64,000 bases of DNA from Azolla caroliniana (lineage: Eukaryota > Plantae > Polypodiophyta). This document shows positions 33,307 to 47,100 of this stretch, one piece after another. Made by a program: the position numbers and the translations under genes. The stretch's first letter is position 1; each line of letters opens with the position of its first letter. The notes beneath the pieces were generated by a model, which saw nothing but the letters and a program-made list of their open reading frames with translations, ran no database searches and had not been told where the DNA came from. The stretch is from positions 7,936,001-8,000,000 of the forward strand of contig JBHGNT010000001.1 in assembly GCA_043228905.1 (NCBI GenBank), in the 5' to 3' direction.

Positions 33307-36300
33307 GACCGTGAACACGAGGAGTATGTATGTACATATGTATTCGATTGTGTGGGCCGCATTGAGTACCAGAGAGAAAGCGGCCGAGGAGGAGGACCCG
33401 ATTACATCCTGGAGATGCGAACACATCTATTTGTCATTCTTGTTCTCTGTCTCTCGTTGGTGCATCCATGGGTGTTGGCCTGCTTGATGTGTTCCATGCC
33501 TACGGGCACATCTCCATTCTCAGAGCCTACACCTACCACTTTAGGATGGTCTTTCCCATTTAGTTCGGCCGGTATTTTGAAGTCACCCCCACCCCCCACC
33601 CCTCCCTAGATCTCATCGCCATGTCTTCCTTTGTTATGGCCTTGTTCCTCCGTATATTGTTATTATTATATATTGACGACACTGATTAAATCAACTTATG
33701 GAATTCAATCTGTGATGATACATTGCAATCACCTTGAGGGAAGCCGTGTTGAAGGATCAGTTGGTTTGACGAAAGGTAGGAGGTTATTGCTAAGGAGTTT
33801 GTGTTATTCTTGAGAATCAACGACTAGTGAATGGGAGCCTACATGTCCAACATACCTTTATTCTCAACAAGAACATACATCTTTTGGTGATTAAAAATCT
33901 TGTATGGGGAGAAAGGTTACATAGTGACAAATCCAATTAAGTTACACACATGAAGAGCAGGTCCAAATTTAAGAGCATGAGCCCTCCATACTTTTTAATT
34001 CATGGTGAAGAACTAGTATTGACTTATGGTGATCCATAGAGTTGAGGTTGAAACTTGAGGATATCAACACGACAAAAGTGTACAAAATGCATAACTTGGA
34101 TTTATTTTACTTCATTTCTTGACATTGCTTGCTCAATGACAACATGTCACAAATAGAGATCCATATTATGGTCTTACTATTGAAAGAATGGAAATTTAAT
34201 ATTTGAGTTACCCTAAACTCCTCACCCTTAGATATCATATATTCAAACTAATGAATGTCCCAATTCATAAAGCGAGACGTGGTTGTTACTCGCATAATGT
34301 CTCATCATATGATCATGCCCATCACCATTTATTCAAAAGACGAGGAAGGTTCAAGTGAAACACACATTATTGAGTGTTGAAACATGGTTCAAAATAACTT
34401 ATGATTGAATCAATTAGTGAACTATGACACTTGATGTTGAAATACTTTTCTTTTGCATATGGACTTATTTGTAAAAGTTACTTTCTACTTTGATCAAATG
34501 ATTGAGATTAATCTTCATACAACTCTTCCCTATGACGATCGCAAGGAAATGGTCCAAAAATCACACACGAGTTGTTATTAGGACAACATTATGATATTGT
34601 TTTACACGACATTATCACAGTCATGGGGAGACATTACTACCATGATATTGCATGTTATTTTAAGTAACATTGAGTCAAAGGAATAAAAATCGCAATTGAT
34701 TCCCATTCCCAAAACATGAATACAATAACAAGGCAAGTGACATGTTTTCAATTGATATTGTCTTCAAAACCATATACTTGGGAAATCCAAATGCTCTTGA
34801 AAAATGTTAAATTTGTGCTTCTTTTGGTCCATCAATGTAGTAGGCTCGAATTGTGTTATTTTATAATTAGCAACTACTCCCATAGGAAGGGAGTAGACAT
34901 AAGGAGTAGATAGGTGGAGATACAAAATAAGCAATCTCATTTAACAAGAAAAATAAAAACAAGAAATGGCACGAGTGGAAAAGCAAAGCGAAAAGTTCTC
35001 AAGGTATCAATTAGTCGTGCAATAGGAGTAATTAGTGAGAATACATTATCATGTTCATGTGAGAGGGATTTGTTAGAGAATAGTAGATTTCATGTTATAC
35101 AATGGTTGTCGCTACATAGAATTTGAAATCAACGAACGATAGAACTCATTAGGAGGGAAAAGGCCCTTGAAGAAATGGTGAGAGTGAAATGATTAAATCA
35201 TAGACATTCTTAGAGAACATAGATAGCCCCAAGCGACTCATTGATACAATGTGCTCACTCACTTGTGTTTCTATTTGAAATAGAAAACGACAAAAGTTGG
35301 GTATATTTTTCAGTTTTTTTATGTTGAACATGTGGGAAACTTGATGTAAATGTATTAGGCCATTGATTAGTAACACATTATCTAAAAAGCATTTTCTTTA
35401 GATACAATACAATTTACCTTCAAACTCTATATTCGAAATTAGACAAGTAATGTCAATATGAAAATTAGTCACAATTTTATTTTGATCTCATTCACGTGAC
35501 TTTCATCTATATAATCAATCCTACATCAAATGTTTAACCTACACGAGAAATTTTCATTATTGTTATTTTGTAGTTGGATAAGCTGAAGGATGGTGTATTT
35601 TATCACTGGCCAAATATTTAATGAATTGTCTGGCATTAAAATAAATTAAATTGTTGGTTGTAAATATGACATTTTGCTTTACTCACGCTTTTACACCAAT
35701 CACTTGTGGAAAACAACCATATGTTCAACAAGATTATGATAATTTGATTTTGTTTTTGTGTTTTGAGTGCACAAATGGATTGCTTCTCGACATCTATGGT
35801 GTTATAAGCATTACCCATTGGATTTCATCGGTTCGCGCTTAGATAGAATTGTTTGACAATGTACCATTGAGCGTAGATGATGTGGAGACGGTATCATAGT
35901 CCTTACACTAACAACTAGGTGGTGAACAATCCTTGACACACTTATGCTAATAGGCACTCTTACAATAACTTAATAATCACCATAATTGTATTTACTAAAT
36001 GACCATTTAAATATTAGAGATGATTTCCAACAGTAGATTGCTAATTTTCAAATTAATTGAGGCAATTTGTGTGATATATACGGTTAACCCAACCATTGTA
36101 TGTTATCTTGCAATTTGTTGTGAATTATAGTGCTCATTGCAACTATGAGTTTGCACATATTTCTACCTTGTAAAATAAACCAGAGTCACCTACCATGTAT
36201 GATGTGATCACACGTATGCGCCTCCGTCATAGTAAAGAGTAACACCTAACAACCACAATCAGTCAACAAAATCTTATTTATGGTTGCGTTGAACCTACTC

Positions 36301-38317
36301 AATCTTTACACAACTAGAATGAAGTAGCACCTTTTTTAATTATAGAATTTAAAGTGCATAGTTTCCACTAGGTAGAAATTTGACTTTTTTGCCATCGTTA
36401 AAATTATACATAATTTGTTGTATAACATGGATTTTTTCCGATAATTTTATGTTTTATGGGACATTCCAAATCAACATCCACTTCCGTTTTGAAAGGGAAA
36501 ATATTTTCTAGACATACAAATTCCTTGGGTGATACTAAATGACCTCGGTTTTCCTTTTCTAATAAATGAAATAAAGACATGATGACAATGGAAAAGGAGT
36601 TCCTCTCCAAATTACTTTTTAACCTACATATGCAGTTTAAAGGGAACAAAATTGCAATAAAATACAACTTCTTAAAGAAACAACATAAAAACTCTCTATC
36701 TTGTTAAGAATGAAATGTACATGATCTTTTTATTTTTACCCACATCCTTTTCATGTTTACCTTTGAAATGGTAATTATAATCTCCAAGCATAGAGGAGCG
36801 TCAATATGAATTCTAGTTTATATATTGTGAGAAGTTATCGCACTTGAACAAAATGTTAATAAAAAGGTTTATAAACATACATGAAACCATGTAGTGGTAA
36901 ATAAATGTGAGGAGAAAGTCTTATTTACAATGTTCCAATAGTTCACCATCATAGAGAAGTATATAAAACTATCAAATGCATTTGTATAGTTATTTCTCGT
37001 ATAATTGTGCATCACCATGAATGAATTTTGGAAACCATGTACTAGTAATTTCAAAGCTCTGTTGTATTAGCTACTTGTATTCCCTACCATCAAATTATAG
37101 ATTCTGGTGTAAGTGGAGTAAAGGGTTTTGTGAAGCCATAAATGAGAAGAAAGGCATCAATGTAAAAAGAGGTGAATTAGCTAGTTGCATTACCAACCAT
37201 CGAATTGTTGATTTTGTTATGTGTAGTGCAAGGGGTTCAATGGAGTTAGAAAATGAAAAGAAAGGCATTTGGATACATTTCGTAGAAGAACCCACTTTGG
37301 TTCCAATATAATTGAGAAACTTTCCTCTCGTGTGTGCAAACATCAGCACGTATCTTCATCTAGTATATGGGAATAGAACATGAGCCTACAATTATAGACA
37401 ATATTCTTATTATCGTGGAATGCTTTGGGCTATCTTATTTCATTTGAATGTAAGAGTTTTTGAAGATGATTACAACATTACATAATGAATGATTCTTTAT
37501 TCCACCCATCCTTCTTTTGGCACTCATTACAAAATCAAATATTCTAGCGACCATTGTTGCATTCGTGCACCAATAAGATGCAATCGTTTTATATATCTAG
37601 AGGCTATCCTTCAACACAACTAACATTTTATGATCGACAAAAAGGACTAAGCAAGATATGGGATGACAAGTTTCAATTGGGTGTGATCTTTTATTTGCTT
37701 TCATGTCTCAATCACGAGTATAACGTCTCTTATGTATTCCCAACCACATACAATTTATATATAAATGTCATGCCAATTGAGTTTAAAGTAGTTACACCCC
37801 TCAGGTAGATTATTGATCACATCAATGTTATGTTGTCAATAATCGCATCATTACATTAACTTTCATAACTTCCCATTCACATATTTGATACATGTTTAGT
37901 CATACATCGTTGTTGTAAAGATGATAAACTATAGGATATACAACATATTTTGATAAACCTTTATTGAATATATGTAGTGGTGATCCATCAAGTTTGAAAG
38001 TTAAGGGGCTATATAGTTAAAAAATACAAATGTTGGTTACACACAATGTCATGTAGAGGGTAATGATTATCAACAAAATAGAGCTTGGGGACTCATGTAA
38101 ATTGTATGGTTGTTAAGTTTGATGTTGCACTTATCTTATTTTATGGGATTGTGAATGGGTGTGGTGAAGGTATTCCATTTTATAAATTATTGGCTAACTA
38201 TGAGATATTGCCATAACATTGTTAATTTATCCTTTATTTCATATCTTTTGCCGCTTCTTTGAAGGTATTGTTGTCCTCACGCGTGCTCAAGTTTGAAACA
38301 AACTTCTTCTTCTTCTT

Positions 38318-38646
38318 CTTTTCCAAAAAGAAAAACTACTTCCATTAGTTAAGCAATGTACAAAGGATAATTTACAACTCATATCTTACACGACATCTTG
38401 CATGTCAAAGGAAAACAATATGTGTAGATGAAACACCAAGAAAAAAAAGAAACAACTCCAAAGAACCACATCATTCGATGTGTATAGCATTACTCGGATG
38501 CATATTCTCCACGTGAGCCTCATACAAACCAGAATTCAGCATAGATGTCCTCCATTCACTCCTCATGGCAGCACCCATGTAGATGTTCGGTATACTCGGA
38601 GGGAACAACCATCGTGGTGGTTGATAATTCCACTTCACTTTACCAA
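38318..38646 (-). mobile_element. Short 5'-truncated copy of the LINE-B family 3' end
   Basis: The reverse complement aligns to ~47530-47850 (GKVKWNYQPPRWLFPPS, 3' UTR, TAACTAATGGAAGTAG..TTGGAAAA). Confidence 0.92.
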
Positions 38647-38772
38647 CAAACTTTTTACAGTTATTTATGCGTGTATTGAAACAACATGACAATATATATA
38701 TTTTTTAAACCTAGAAAAATTAAGAATTTATGGTAAGGTAGACTCTTAAGGTTTGACCTGCGAAGACATAAT

Positions 38773-38776
<4 letters not shown>

Positions 38777-38826
<50 letters not shown>
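38777..38826. repeat. (TC)n microsatellite
   Basis: Directly visible. Confidence 0.95.
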
Positions 38827-38830
<4 letters not shown>

Positions 38831-40437
38831 ATGACCAATATTAGTGAATAAAGAGTTCTCTCTCGTGCCCATTTGCTACGAATTTTCAACTCATACGAGT
38901 AACGATGATGAAACTCGTTGTATCATGAGTCATGAATGTTGATGTGGTTGAGATTTTATTTCTAATCATGTCTAAAGAATACAACGAGCAAGTGGAAATG
39001 TTATCTATTTGCAACTAAATTATGAGATCGTGGCAACAAAAAGGTCGATGAATTCCTATAGTACATGGAAATCCTAAAGCACCTTCATTATTGGTCGATT
39101 ATTGATGGTTATTCACTATCCACGATTCATGTTTGTTTTTGTCACAATTTTATTAGAATATTTCATCTAAGCTCACAATTTTATTACAATTTTTCCCATA
39201 AGCTTATAGTTTGATTAGAATATTTTTCTCTAGGCTTTTTACAAATGTTTAATATTCTCATTATTGATAAAGGTAAATATCCATATTTTGTGTAGAGAAA
39301 GTGTCAACTCATGTCAAACTAAAAAAATGAAGATTTTTGAGCATTCAACTAATTTCTCAAGACTTGATTATAATCTCGAGCCCTAAAAATAATGATTGAT
39401 TCATAGAGATACAAAACACAAGATTAACCACTATGCTATCATGTTTATCCATTTCAATTTTAAAATCTCTGATTATTTTTGTAATTATAAAACTGTTCTC
39501 TTCGTTGTGTTGAACTAATGGGGAGCATATGCCAAAATATATATTTAAACACAATCTTAATATATTAGGTCATGTAAACACGATCGTAGTACTTCTTGAT
39601 TTATGCATGTCGATCAATTGGAAAAGAAATCTGATTTTGAGTTTTCGACTCTTGTATGTTGTTACATCAAATTAAACATCGATTTCATTGAGACTATATG
39701 GTTTTGAGTTTTTGACTCTTGTATGCTTGTTACATTAGATTAGAGATCGATTTCATTCAAAATTTGTGTCAAAGCCAAAGAAAGAGAAATTTAGGAACGA
39801 GGTAGATTGAGATACTTTGAAGAGATAGACAACATAATATAGAACTTGATGCAACTCAAAAGCTAAAGACGGATGTTAAACATAATGCTTCATCCTAATC
39901 ATGAACCTCTTTAAATAAGTTTCACACTTAAAATGCACGAAGACCACTTGGCGCACATGCATGACCAAATGCATAAATTAGACTTTGTGACACCTGTGTG
40001 AATATGGAGAGTTTTAATCTCTACATACGATGGTAGTTTGACACATTGAATGTGATGGTTTTAGCTTAACCCCGAGGTCAGGTTCAAATGTTTTTATAAC
40101 ACCTTGAACACGATGGTTTGAGCTTAACCCATTTTTACCCGAATGTCATGGCTTCAATTTCCTATTTGACATGGAAATGATAAATCCTTGAATGCATAAA
40201 ATTAGACAAATTTTACACAAGGTAGAAGACATTGATGGGGTCATATTAATTGATGAATTAATGTTCCCTAAGCCCTACCCTAATGTTAAACAAAAATAGG
40301 AGGAAGGGAGAAATAATTGATTTATGCAACGATGGATGAAATGCTTCCATATTTATGTAATATTATCTGATTTTTAAGTAGCTTCTTTTTGGATAAATAA
40401 ATAAATCTTATTTTTGGAAACTTTGATAATATATTTA

Positions 40438-41088
40438 TTTAGAGCGTAACAAGCCCATCCCTCAAAAAGCTCAGCGATGGCAAGGAGTAGGAGCAGAGAA
40501 TGGCGAGCAGGAATAGGAGCACGGTGAGGAGTGCCCACATTGGATAACTGTGTGTCGTTGTCCAAGATCTCTCGTAGCGGCTATCATAGGAGGGAGTCTC
40601 AGCCGCTCGTCAGTGGTTGTCGGCTGCACAAAGGGCATCGAATGAGTCTCCCTACCCCTACAGTGTTAGGGAATCACTTTGAGGAGACGTTGTGAGGCAG
40701 GGAAGATGCGGAAAGTGAATGACGGTGTTCCTACAAAAGGAAAGGCTTCCTCCCATTGTCCTCGTTGGCCTTCGCTTCCCTTGCCATAAGACCATACCTC
40801 AAACCCTATGTAATTTTTCATTTATAATGTTAATTACATGTTTTTAATTATGTTTCTCTCCCTCACCCTCTCTCTCTTAATCGTGTTTTAATTATGTTTC
40901 TCTAGTTCGTAATAGCACCTCTCTATTTCATTTTTATTAGTATGGTAATCCTCTTCCCTCCCCGTAACCCTTGTTTTTAAATTTTAATTATGTTTTTCGT
41001 CTCGTTTTTTAGTTTTAATCTTAGGTTTATTTATGTTTTAATCTCTCTCTCTCTCTCTTTAGTTTTAATCTTAGGTTTATTTATGTTT

Positions 41089-41120
<32 letters not shown>

Positions 41121-44100
41121 AGTTTTAATCTTAGGTTTATTTATGTTTTAATCTCTCTCTCTCTCTCTCTCTTTAGTTTTAATCTTAGGTTTATTTATGT
41201 TTTAATCTCTCTCTCTCTCTCTCTCACTCTCTCTCTTTCAATTTATTTTAATTAGTATGTTAATTCCCCTCCCTTTTAACCCTATCTTTTAATTTCTTTC
41301 TAATTACCACACCCTTTACTTTATTTTTAGGTTCATGTTTCTAGATTTAGATTTTATGTTTGTTAGTTTTCGGGTTATGTTTTTTGTTTTAGTGTTTATG
41401 TTTTTAATCTTAGTGTTTAACCCCCCACCCCTCTTCCTTTTTGTTATTCCTAATCATGTCGTCTCCCTCTCCTTTCTTCTACCTCGTTTTCGATTCAGGT
41501 GCGCTCAAATCGAGCGTGGTGTTCCTCTTCTCCTACCTCTACCCGTCGATGATCCACCATTCCGCACTCCTTGTTTCGACCATAAGGTCCATAACCCTAC
41601 AACACCAAGGAAGGTGTGGGCAATGTCTTGATAGTAAAGGAGAATAATGGCATTGGCCAGGTTCAAGAGAAGCAGGTGGAGGAGGGCATTGATGAAAGAA
41701 AAGGGATCGACCTTTATCTTTCTCCGGCAGAGAATCAAAGATTGATGGAAGAAGTGGGCCATTTAAAGTGTTCATTGTTCATATGTCAGTTGTTAGGAGG
41801 ACGACCAAGTAAAGGGATGTTAAGGGACATGTTGTAGGCAGCCCTTTTGGATAAAATGTCGCCTATCCAGAACATTTTGAGAATGGGCCTCAACTATTAC
41901 CATGTGATCTTAGAAGAAGGCCATAATGTGCAAGAGATTCTGGAACACAAATGGATTACACTGAAGTATGGCAAAGCCATGATTTTGGAATGGAGTCCAG
42001 ACTTCGATGCAAAGGAAGAGAATAAAAAAGTGGGCACACCGATGGTCATTTCAGTATGCTTCCCAGACCTGCCCTTCCAACTCCACCATTTGATCCCAAA
42101 GCTCGCACACAATATAGGGGTGGTATGTACAACGAAACCTTCATTTGTAGATAAGGTAGCAGAAATGCCCAAGATGAAGGTGTTGGTTAGTGACATTAGA
42201 AAACTACCATTAGAGATTAGAGTCCACATGGAGAACTTTGGCCTAAGGGTGGTGAAGGTTGGTTATGAAGGTTTGTCGGGTCAATGCTTTGCATGTAAGG
42301 AGATGGGTCATATGGCCAAACACTGCCCCTAGTATGGGAATGCAAGAGCGGATAGGGGACAGCAAGACAACAAGTTGCCGGATATCCCAAATTCAGGGAC
42401 GGCAAGCCACATGGTCCTGGTTCACAATGGGAAGCAAGTAGTAAAGGAAAAAGGATGGATATCGCCGAGGAAAGTGGTCAAGCCTGGCCTCCATGGTCTT
42501 ACCGGCCCACCTACAAGTGGAGGTTCCATTTCGAATAGATTTGACATCCTATCACAAATGGAACCCCAGGAAGGTGAAATAATTTTAGCAACTCCATTTG
42601 ATTTACTGCCCGAGTCGAGACCCACGAAACACTCGTAGAGCCCTTTGAGGGTCGTGGCAGTAGATCTTCATCAGACCTGAGAATGGTTAAGGCATGGATT
42701 AGGAAAGGGAAGGACAAGGAAAGTGAAGTGGACATCAGGAATACTGAATCGCAAAAAATGATCGCACGGATTGAGGTTGGAAATCCCTCGTCTGTGGGTG
42801 TTGAGTTTGTTATGTTGCAAGCATTGAGGATGCAAGATACGTAGGTACCCAAGATCGTGGTGAACATTGGTAATCCAAGGGGAAGAGTGCACGGGTGGAC
42901 TAGAGCACACATGGTCCTCTTCAACAGCAACTCAAGTAGACCAGAGATTGGTTGTTCTTTTGACTTGGAGCCTGATTTGAAAGATGAAAGGGGAGAAGAC
43001 TCGTCCTTGAAGTCGTTTTGTAACAGGGCATCATTATGTCTCCAATACCTTACATTTGAAAATGAGGTTGTGGGGCTGCAAACATTATGGAAGAGCTCCC
43101 CGATACAAGGGGAGCTTATGGAACTTGCTCAAGATGTTCTAGTGGTTTGCATATGGAAGGTACAGGATCTAGGGCTGAAGCCTGGTTTGTTCCACTTCCA
43201 TTGTGCTAAAGTACCCAAGAATCAAGAATGGAAAATAAGTATAGAGTGGGAATTTATATGGCGTATGGTAGAGACATATTTGTCGAGCATGGGAAACTCC
43301 CCCTTGGCTTTTTTTGTGAACCCAAGTCAATGAGAATTTGTTCTTGGAATGTGCAAGGACTTGGTGGGTCTCAACATCAGCTAGAGAAGCGTCGGTTTAG
43401 GAGAGAATGTGAAGTTGATGGCCTTTGTAAAACGATTGATATTTTGCTCTTACAAGAGCATCACCTTGGCCGAGAAAGAACGGAACTTTTCAAAGACCCG
43501 TTGCCAAGGGATTGGTACACATGGTGGGCTCCTGCTCACGACATGTTAGAAAGGAGAGGTGGAGTGTGTATTTCGGTGCGGAAATCAATGGATATCACCA
43601 CCTTGGATCATGGCATATTGATCAAAGGTAGGGCCATGTTCTGCTACTTGGAATGGAGGAATGTAAAATTTGGGGTGCTGAATGTCTACGCACTTAACAT
43701 TAGCAATGAGAGGACCTCATTTTGGAGACTGTTGGCAAACAAAATTCCCTCCTTCGACAATTGGATAGTGGCGGGGAATTTTAACATGACAGAGAGAATG
43801 GAAGATTGTCTTGGGGCTCATTCGAACTTGCTACAAGGGGAGGAGCTTAGAGCGTGGGGTTTCTTAATTTCTATGTTGGGAATCCGAGATTCATGGTACT
43901 CTAGTATGGCGGTTGAGGTGAATTCCTTGAGGTTCTCACGATTTGGCTGGAAGGAGAGTGAAGGATGTCACTCTAGATTGGACCGCATCTATGTGAGCCC
44001 CGGGATAGAGGAATGGGGTGGCTACTCATCCATTCTAGCTGGTTTTACATATTCGGACCACCTTCCAGTATCCTTGACTCTTGAACCTATTTATAAGAAG

Positions 44101-47100
44101 AAGATTGAGAGCAATTTGAGGATTCCTTCGAAGATTTTTAGTATCCAGAAGGTTAAGGATGCAATGAATACCATTTGGACGACATCCCCATCAGCCCACG
44201 ACCCGATACAGGTACTGGAGGAAAAGATTATTAATTCTTCTTTGTTTCTTCAGAAAGTGGCTAGGGAGGAGCTGGTAAGGTGTCAATACCGTCTGCAATG
44301 CCCGAGGAAGGCAATCATCTCAACTCAAAAGCTCACGCAAGTGGACCCATGTTGTGCTTGGGCGAAAGACAGGCTGTAGGAGGCCACTAGGCTGCTGCAG
44401 GAGGTTAGACAGCAACGTGAGCAATTCCTCTTCAGAAAGTCGGCAACATGGTGGGTTGTCAAGGGTGATAAAGTTAACAGGGAGTTTTTTCTTACCAAAA
44501 CTCTGAAAAGGAGGGGAACACATATTCATAGTCTCAAACAGGAGGATGACTCAATGACGTTTGATCAAGAGGAAATCTTGCAAATTGCAACTAATTACTA
44601 CAGAGACCTTTTAGCTCCTACGTTGACAAACGACCCTCCGAGTAACCTGATGCATGATGTAATTACATGCTTGAAGACCAGGATCGAAGAGGCAGCTAAA
44701 GCGCAGTTGTCAAAAGCCATAGAGGAAGAGATTGTAGTGGGGCTTGATAAGATACATAGTATGGCTTGTCCTGGTGCTGACAACCTTCCCAAAGCCTTCT
44801 TCAAGGAGTTTTGGGAGCAAATTTTTCCAAGCTTGAAAGTTGGACTGCAAGAGATGTGGAGAACGGGACGAATGCCGAGTAGCTTCAATGAAGGCTTGAT
44901 CTACTTGATTCTGAAATCGGAGATTGCGTTGCATGAGATTAGACAATGGAGGCCCATTACAATTTTAAATCTAATTTATAAAAATTTTGCTAACATATTA
45001 GTGCAGAGAATCAAGCCCTTCCTAGGAGATATCATCCAGTCCAATCAAACCGGTTTCATGGAGCATCGTTCTATTATGGACAACGTGATTTTGTTTTGGG
45101 AGGATGTTGCAACGGCGAAGAAGACCAATCATAACTTAGCCTGTCTGATGCTCGACTTCGAGAAAGCCAATCATCGAGTGCAATGGTCTTTCTTGGAAGA
45201 AGTGATGAAGGTCATTGAGCTACCTTTGGAGTGGAGGTGTGCTCCCCAAGCCTTATATAGGAATGGCTCGAGTAAGGTGTTGATTGTAGGGAGGAAAGGA
45301 GCTCGAATCTTTCTAACTCGATCCATCAGGCAGGGTTGTCCTCTTGCCCCCTTTCTTTTCCTTTTTATTACTGAAGCAATGTCTGCCCTTTTTAACAGTC
45401 AAGGGGCAAATCTTCATGGTCTTTCGATCCCTAATTCAAGGAAGTCCCTGCTGGACTCGGAGTTCGCAGACGATACGATGCTATACCTCCAAGGAAATGA
45501 AGCGAATCTTGAGAGGGCACAGAGTGCTATTGAGCTCTTTTGCAAGGCATCGGGAGCGTCCATCAATTGGAAGAAGTCCAAGGGTTTTTGGATCAGCTTG
45601 GAGTCCGAGCCTGTTTGGAAGCCAAATGTTGAATTCAAATGGATTGCAAACGGGGAAGCCACTAGGTATCTGGGAACGTGGATTGGGGTAGATATCGACA
45701 AAGGAATTCAGTTGCAACAAATTCAAAGCAAAATCTGTGACAAAATTCGCAGGGATGAACTTATCATTGGCTGGCAGGATCATAGTAGCTAACCATGTGC
45801 TCTTGTCTACGTTATGGCATGTAGTTTCAATGTGGATGTTTGACAAGCAAGCTATTCGTAATGTTAAAGTGTGTATTAGGGGATTCCTTTGGGCTGGGAT
45901 GAGGAAAGACAACGCGGCAGCCAAAGTATCATGGTTTACGTTGGTTCTTCTCAAGAGTAAGGGGGGTTTAGGCTTGATTGACCCTGGATTGCAGAGTCAG
46001 GCATTGTTATGTAAGGTATTGGTAAGGAGCTTGCTACTTGGTAACGAGTTATGGAAAACATTGATACATAATAGGAGCATTGTCTGGAGTCCAAGACTGG
46101 GTGGGCAATGGAAGTCACACAAAGCATGGCCTTTTTGTATGGACTTAAAGTTGAGGAAATCTAACCGGTTGGTTGATCGTACTTGTATGTCAGTGATGCA
46201 GGCGTGGAGTGGAGTATGCTCTGTGGGCATCTAAGTCGGAATCGTCCAAGTACTAGTGCTAAATGGATGCGCCAACCCCTACTGTGGAACGAGATCGTAC
46301 AATCGCCAGAAGGAACGATGCTTGGACAAAGCAAGCGCATGCCGTGGGCTACATTGTATTGTCTAGGGATACACTCGGTGGCTTATTGGATGCGGTTGTT
46401 CGGCAATAATCGTGATCAATTATATGAAGACTTGGGAAAGGTCAGAAATGGCAAAAAGATGCTTGATGTAGTCAATATAGTTGTCTCCTCGCTTCCTATT
46501 GGTAATGAGGAAGAGGGTGACTGGTCCGGACAATGTGATGATACCGGAAAAATTATCAATGTCAGGGGTCTAGGAAAGAATGGGAAGACCGTCTAGATGG
46601 GATTATTAGATGAAAGTGCAGGCTGGTACCCGATTAGAATTGTGGCAAGAGCCGGAAAGAAATGGAAGGTGAATCCACTAGTCGAAGAGGTTGAGGAGGA
46701 CTGGATCTTGTATGTGGTTGAAGGCAAGCCTCTCGAGCGCGTAGAATGGGATCCCGTTGAATATACGTGGAAGGGAGAACAAGATAAATCATTAGGTTTC
46801 TTCGAATACTCGACGCGGTTGGGGAGAAAGTTAGGTTCGTATCGTGAGAAGTGTGCCAACAAGTGGTCCCATGCAGCTATCGATTCAGCCTTCGTGGATA
46901 GAACCAGGAGCAGGATATGGAACTCATCCCTTCTTGAGTGGATCAAAGTGTTTTTCTGGTTAATCACCCATCGGGCTGTTCCAACGGGAGAGTGGCTTGG
47001 GAATAGAGGCGGCATGAGTGGTTGCAAGGCCTATAGTGCGAGCTTGGAGGACATTGCTCATTGTTTGTGGTGTTGCCCTCGAGCGCAAGAATTTTGGTTG

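Noticed and set aside
32827-33609. Short ORFs upstream of the CaM-binding gene
   Set aside because: They are products of CT-rich UTR and (GT)n microsatellite sequence, with no recognisable protein features.
41009-41236. Repeat-spacer array or telomere-like TTAGG repeats
   Set aside because: The spacers are only (TC)n of variable length and TTAGG occurs once per unit. It is a minisatellite.
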